DNA from: Bugula neritina
Taxonomy: Eukaryota > Animalia > Bryozoa
DNA length: 64,000 nucleotides
Assembly (NCBI GenBank): GCA_964035545.1
Contig: OZ037765.1
Location: 17,050,995-17,114,994, forward strand
Direction: 5' to 3'
Below are positions 57,298-64,000 of this stretch, piece after piece. The translations under genes and the position numbers were made by a program. Below the pieces are notes generated by a model that saw only the letters and a list, made by a program, of their open reading frames with translations, was not told the origin of the DNA and searched no databases. Position 1 is the stretch's first letter, and every line of letters starts with the position of its first letter.

Positions 57298-58209
57298 CTA
57301 TTTACTGACTGATAATGCTGAATATACCGAAAGTTATAAATTGGTTATCTTAGTTTGAAAGAAGATAACTCTAATGTCATCACATGAGTTTTTTATAGTT
57401 AGCAGCTTGTGAGTTGTATTAGCCTTTTGGAGGCTTGTATTTGGTCCAGCTTTTGCTTCCTGTAGTAGAAGATGACCGCCTTTAATTAAAATCAATTTCT
57501 TTGGTATCAAATATAAAACAAGTTTTTGCTACATTGAGAAGATAATTCTTATGTTGTAAGGCAGTGATATCATCTTTTCCAATACGATTATGACTAAAAT
57601 ATGATGCAGTATTGATTTGAAACATTATAATCTAATGATATATTAAATTGTTCTAGTAAAGCTTGCTATTTCACACAGTATGTTGCATTATATATTATTT
57701 TATTGGTTGTGTATGTAAACTTTCAACTTAAACAATACATTTAACACTTTCAACACCATGTAGATAATAGTTATATGAAAAAGTGTGTACAGAGTTGTAA
57801 AAATTACAAAACAATATTTCCATAAAAAGGATTTACTTCTAAAGCTCAAACAAAATTTTACAGTAAACAAACATATAAAGAAGTTTGCTTATGAATATTG
57901 GGAAGGTTGTCAAGCAAAGAGAATATGTTGGATTGTGATAAAATGTACTTGCATGTGATAAGGGGGGCGGGTAGGGGGTGGGGAGTTGAAAAATGGAATA
58001 AATTACTAAAATAACGATATAGCAGTATTGATTATAGTAGAAAAGTACAGTAATATTGTAACAGAAAAGAAATCTTTTTTATAAAACAACTTGTCACTTT
58101 ATGGCACTATAAAGTATCACCATTAGGTGGTATTGGTTCTTAGCATATAAAATAAAACTTTAAGTAATTTCAACTTAATTGATATACGTGGAGTAAAAAG
58201 AAAGAATGA

Positions 58210-61200
58210 CTAAACTTGGTCTGTTTGTTGAACAAGAGGTGTAGTCTGAGTTCCAAAGTCGATATCATTGTGACGTCTGTTGAGACTGGCATATCGGTGT
58301 GTAGGAGTTGAGGCATAGAAGTTAGGGGGCATAACTTTAGTAACTAGAGGCTGTTGGGGAGGATTAGTGGAAACTGTGTACTCAGAACCATTGTCAAATG
58401 AAGAGCTGCTTGCAGTGTGTTGCCTGGGTGCATAAGATGAGTCTATAGTACTATAGTACGGGGCAGTGTCTTCAGCTTCCCCAACACTGTTGCTATGCAA
58501 GTAGCCAGGCTTCATGCAACTTTCATCGACAGTATGGCGACTGCCTTGCACATCGGTAAGGTTGGTATGATTGCTGTTAGCATTTAGATTGTTGCCTGGT
58601 ATTCCTATGCTGCTGTGCTGAGAGGGAGCTGTGCAGGTGGAACCAGAGTGTGAGGCTGACGGGTGCGATACCGATGGTCCGGTGGTTGTACTAACGGCAT
58701 AAGAGTTATCCAGATACCATGCTCTCATTTTTTGATTAACATCTTTTGCTGTTGGACGTTTGCTTGGAGTTTCATGCCAACATTCCATCATGAGAGAATA
58801 TATTCGAGGTGGGCATGCACCAGGACATTCTAAAAGTTGTCTGCTCCTGATCATCTGAATAACCTCAGGGTGAGTAAAACCTACATAGGGTTGAGTCGCT
58901 CCACTAAATGCCTCCCATAATAATACACCAAAAGAGTAAATGTCAGTTTCAAAGCTAAATTTGTTGTATGTGATGGATTCTGGGGGCAGCCACCTTATAG
59001 GAAGCATCTTATTGTGAATTAAAAAGTAGTTAGCAGAGTGGACTCCATTTACTATCTTTAAATTAGACAACTTAACGTTGAGGTTATGACTTACTATAAT
59101 GTTATGAGCAGCAATGTCTTTATGTATGTAATGAAGAGATGAAAGATGCTCCATAGCTGATGCTATTTGTGTCACAACATACATCGTTTCTTTGCATGTC
59201 AGCGCCTGGCCTCGTGATTGCTGACTCAGTATAAACTGCCTTAAATCACCCAACGGCAGGTGTTCATACAGGATACACTGCGTTATCCCTTGAGTGCTGA
59301 TGGCTAGCAGAGAAAGTATATGTTGATGGCGAATCTCAGACGTAACATTCACCTCGTCTCTAAACTCTGTAACCTCTTCTATACTTGCATTTTCTGATAA
59401 ACATTTTATGAAGACAGTAGAGGCAGTCTTGCTTCCATATAGACCAAAAACTTGTCCGTGATAGACTTTACCGAAGCTGCTCTCTCCCAACTCTTGTAAC
59501 CTATTGATGTTATCTAATGGCACTTCCTTAACAGTGTAGGCTTGTCCCCCTCCTTTATCACTTAAACTGCTCAACTCTACACTCTTGCCATGACTGCTAT
59601 TACTTGAGGGAACAGAGTTGCGCCCTAAAATACGAGAATGTCATAAAAATAGAAGTACAACTGATAAACTAGCACATTTATGCAACTATGTGTAAATGTA
59701 TGTTGGACATTGGAATTGCATTCCCTTGTAACAGGCAGCAATATTATTATGATGACATGAGAAACTTTTACAAATGAGTCAGCGGTCAATGATGATATTA
59801 AACAAATATAATTATAGACATACTTTGAGCTGCAATAATTACCATCAATCATAGGAGTATAAACTTACAAGTTAATATACATCCAGTATGTAGACAAGTG
59901 CATGTATTATACTACTAATTACATTAATATAATACTCATCAGTGACTAAGTGTTTTAATCTATATTAGATATAGACACTACGCCTGACTGACATGAGTAT
60001 GCTTACCCTCCATTTTGCTTCGCCTTTTACAAATACAGGCAACAATAACTACAGTGATGATTAGTAAGAGAACAGCCAGAATTACGGGCAATGCTATGGT
60101 CAGCAGCATCATGTCACTTACTCCATTTAAACCATTTATACCAACAGTCTTAACCCCTTTTGTATCATCTGTAAATGGAAAGCAAGAGCCTATTATATTA
60201 ACATATATACAGTTGAAGCTAGGAAAGGTGGCCTGTGTAATGGTGTTAATACTAATATATCTTATATAGGCACTCTGGTTACTTTTTCTTAAAATTATGT
60301 CTTTAGATAAGCTTATGGGTTAAGTTAATACCTACATTATTTTATTTGACTTTCAATAATTATGTCAAACAAACAGGAGGTAAAATCAAGAAATTAGTAT
60401 TTGAGCGCGCTCCGGCTAGAAAAAAAGGTATACTCCTAAATTACATACATTTTCTATAACATCTAATAGTTTTATTATAATATTCAACACAAGTGTGTTC
60501 CTACCCCTGCTGTTGATGGCTGTAGCAGTTATCACCTCTTGGTTACGAAGTCCAATACTAATACAGCCAGCATTGTTATCTAACTCTTGACACAACGGTA
60601 AAAGTTGCCACTTAGAGTCATCTGCAAGAGGATAAATAATTTAGACACATTATATTAAGTATACACACAGTAGCTTTTGAAAGCTCGAGAACAACTTATT
60701 AACATTTAACATCCATACAAGCAGCTATGAATTAATTTTTGTGTAAGGTAATGAAAAAATGGTCCCACAAAAGTGCATCTTAATACTGATTTTGGCATCA
60801 AAAAGTAACAAGAAAATAATGTAAGATTTTTGTGTGAACTAAACGCCAGTATGAAAGATTGTCAGGAAGAAAGAGAGCCAACTTACCATTCAGGAAGTAA
60901 TCTCTACAGATATCGTAAATAGCCTCACACTCATGCTTGCAAAGTTTTTTGGGAATAGGGGGTAGGCCACCAGGTCTCTTTATACAGATAGGTAAATGGT
61001 AGTAGCATGAGGCTTCTACACTTTTTTTAAAACATTGAGAATCGGCATCAACATTTATTCTTTTTAGTTCTTGAACCATGCCTAAAAAACATAGCTTTTT
61101 AATGTTATTTCAGCAGTCCTAACACCATTTCCCAGAATGCCATTTATTCATACAATGTTAACTTCTTGACTTGTCTAAAGTAATGTATTTACATTATGAG

Positions 61201-63288
61201 AAACTATATGATATAGCACATTGTATATATTGTGAATATTGTGTGTGTGTGTGTGTGTGTGTGTCTATTATATAAATTTGTGACTTGAGTTAAGATTATC
61301 TCCAGTTGGTGGGAGGGAAATCAATGCAACTTGCTTTGTGTTCTAAAACGTATTACTGTGCATGTTTCTCTTTCAAGCTAGCGGCGGTAACCTACCTGTG
61401 ACAGTTTTTTGTGCATTATGCTGGTCAAATCTGGATGTGACGTATACTTGCTCCGTGGTTAAAAAGCCACAATATTCTGTGTTTGAATCTTGACAAATCG
61501 GTTGTTCCAAATCCATCTCGGCACTGGGTCACAAAAACATATTTAGAAAATTATAAGCCTTTTAAATTTCATGTTATTATGTACATAATTAGTGTATGCA
61601 GTGTTGAAACATACCTGTCAGTAGTTACTGGCACCACCGGGACTGTTGTAGCTTCAACTAAAATAAAACAAAACGTTCATAAATTCTAAGAAAGTTGTTT
61701 TAAAAATCAGAACAAAAATTAAACCTAAGCTATAAAGATTCAACTCATGATATTGAACATTCATAAAACTACAAGTTACTTGAATATTGAAGCTAATTTT
61801 CAACTTTTCGATGACGTTTCATGTAAAACATTTAACTTTTTTCAGCAAAAAGATACTAGTCTTAGGATACCCAGCTCATTCTCTATAATATAAGGTTAGA
61901 ATTCTCTTTTATCAATATTAAATATCTTTCAGCTTTATTCATCAGACTGTCAAGCAATTATTAATTATTATTATCATAAAACCAGATATTAGTTCATATC
62001 AATTAACAGCTACACAGGGCAAAGTGTGCCACCATACATGATCAGTAGTATATATAAAGACTTTATTCTACCTACTAAATAATCTATTCTTGTTGCTGGA
62101 ACCAAATTATTAATTTATGTTTACACCTAGTAATATTTTCCAAAATGTTTTTCATCTCCACATGTCAATTATATTATTAATCTAACATAGATTTTTTCAT
62201 AGTATGTAATTTGCAGAAGCATTAATGTGCACCTCCTCCCTTTTAATTTACACCACTTTGCTGGCCATACAAAGAATATTAGCAAAAAGGCAGCTGTAAA
62301 TAGCTGCTGACATAAACAGCAGCAGATGCATGCCAGTCCTAGTGACATATATTGTTTATAAGTAAGTAGTAATGAGTTAAGAGTAAAAGGAGGCATTAGT
62401 ACTCTAATGTCAACAAACAGCATAGATTAGGGATAATTATCTTCAAGTGTTATATCTCCTCTAACTCTACAGCAAACCCTCTAAACCAGGTATAGTGCAA
62501 TAGCTATTTATATCTCTCACATCTATTTATAACATCTTGTTTTAATGTGCATGTAGTGAAGATTGCTAGATAACTACTCTTGTGTGAATTACTTTGTAGG
62601 CTTTCGGAGGCGTCTAACCCTGAACACAGAGTTTCTCCAAGCCCTGAGGAGTTTTGCGCTGACAGAAACTCCAACAGGATGTCTGGCAGCAGTAAAATAT
62701 CTAATAAAACACTTAGAGCATTTCCTGTGGCAACCAGAGAACCAATACTGGAGGTAGAGTCTATACTTATCAGTATAATGTTAATTTGTGGTTCAGACAT
62801 GAGGTTGTGTTAACCTTATTAGAACCTTGTGTACATATATATCCACTTATTTATAATGTCAGAAGATAATTGGTATACCTCATACAAGATGTTACATACT
62901 GAACCCTATCTTCTATAATACTCATCTCTTTCACATATTAATGCTCTAAATTTTGTTTGCAAGCCTATGTTATACATTTATATCACATGATTAGACCCTC
63001 ATGTGCCTTAGAAGTAAGACATTATTATGAAGTTATCTCTCCTGTATATACAATACTCTAAAGCATTTGAACTTCACACGTGGCTTCTATCCCAGTTTAT
63101 TTCCAAAATAATCACAAAAACAGCTAAATTATATGCAGTTAACATTCACTAAATATTAGATCACGCTTTTTATAAACCTACCTTCTAACACAGTGATCAC
63201 CGCAGAGGTGTTTATTTTCCCTTTCAGATTTTCACCTGTGCATATATACATTCCACTGTCTGCTAATGTTGTGTTTGACACTTTCAAT
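58210..63288 (-). CDS. ROR: Ror-family receptor tyrosine (pseudo)kinase, 5'-partial: Ig C-terminus, Frizzled-type CRD, TM, kinase, Ser/Thr/Pro tail
   Basis: Exons 63288-63182 (DSGMYICTGEN, Ig), 61657-61615, 61523-61396, 61081-60887, 60621-60505 (CRD with 10 Cys), 60168-60007 (TM), 59624-58210 (whole kinase: ELGESSFGKVY, HKDIAAHN, LPIRWLPPE, RQLLECPGACPPRIYSLM). Confidence 0.85.
61240..61264. repeat. (TG)n microsatellite
   Basis: About 12 TG units. Confidence 0.9.
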
Positions 63289-64000
63289 CTATAATGAGAA
63301 AATCATAGCTATACAAGGATGGAAATGTGGGTTTTACATGGAAATTAGGTGGCATAGTTACTGTTCACTACCCTCAGATAAAGCTGGAAAATAAAGTGTT
63401 ATACTGCTTTTAATTTTAATATATAATTTCAAATTCACTTCTTTACTACTAAATACATGTTATTACGTTTGTAGTTGTATGCAGTCACAATTGTTTGATA
63501 TATGCAGATGCATGCTAGTGCCTCTAGAGTGGCGATGAGTGTGTTGATGGTAGACAAAAGATTTGCTGCTCAAAAACTTTAGTTTGTCAGACTAGCAAGT
63601 GTAGAAATGCTGCTGGTGGAAGCCAAGTTGATAAAATAAGAGTTGTTGGCGTAGCTTATCCAAAGCCTCTGGTACCCTGGTTTTTGTAAGATCAAAAATA
63701 AAAGGCCACAAAACATAGTAAACAGTTAATCCTAATCTTGCTTTGCCAGCAGTTCCTTAAGTAATTTATGTGCTTTTTCAGTTTACCAAAACAAAGCGCT
63801 GATAAAACATATTTTGTTTTATGTTTTCTTCAAAGCTAGAGTTGAGATTTAGTGCAGTGTAAAACATGAGATAATTTTTGGTAGTAGCAATTGTTGCAAA
63901 AAATGAACATGGAAAGTGAAACTAGCTGCCTTCAAGTAATTGCTTCTACGATATAATCTGAGCTCTGAGATGTTTCAGAGCACACATTAGCAGAGTGGAC

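Overview
AT-rich, intron-rich animal genomic DNA, probably from an invertebrate; the taxon cannot be fixed from the window. Seven spliced genes alternate strictly in orientation: SPICE1-like (-), PPIE/cyclophilin E (+), a type I transmembrane collagen-EGF protein (-), CaMKIV (+), RNF19/Dorfin (-), CFAP45 (+) and a 5'-partial Ror-family pseudokinase without a kringle domain (-). The standout is a very young 5.29-kb Ty3/Gypsy-type LTR element (11266-16555, minus strand). Its 343-bp LTRs differ at one base, and it has an ATAT target-site duplication, a tRNA-Leu PBS and a PPT. It keeps an intact gag, a -1 frameshift signal and an open 'pol' with the protease and the integrase zinc-binding domain, but reverse transcriptase, RNase H and the integrase catalytic core are missing in frame. 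A third ORF encodes a tandem zinc-finger plus coiled-coil protein in the env position. Also present are a solo LTR of a different family (again ATAT TSD), two copies of a tRNA-derived SINE, several MITEs, a U12-type and a GC-AG intron in PPIE, and microsatellites. Exon structures were assembled by eye from splice signals, frame continuity and recalled homology; no searches were run.
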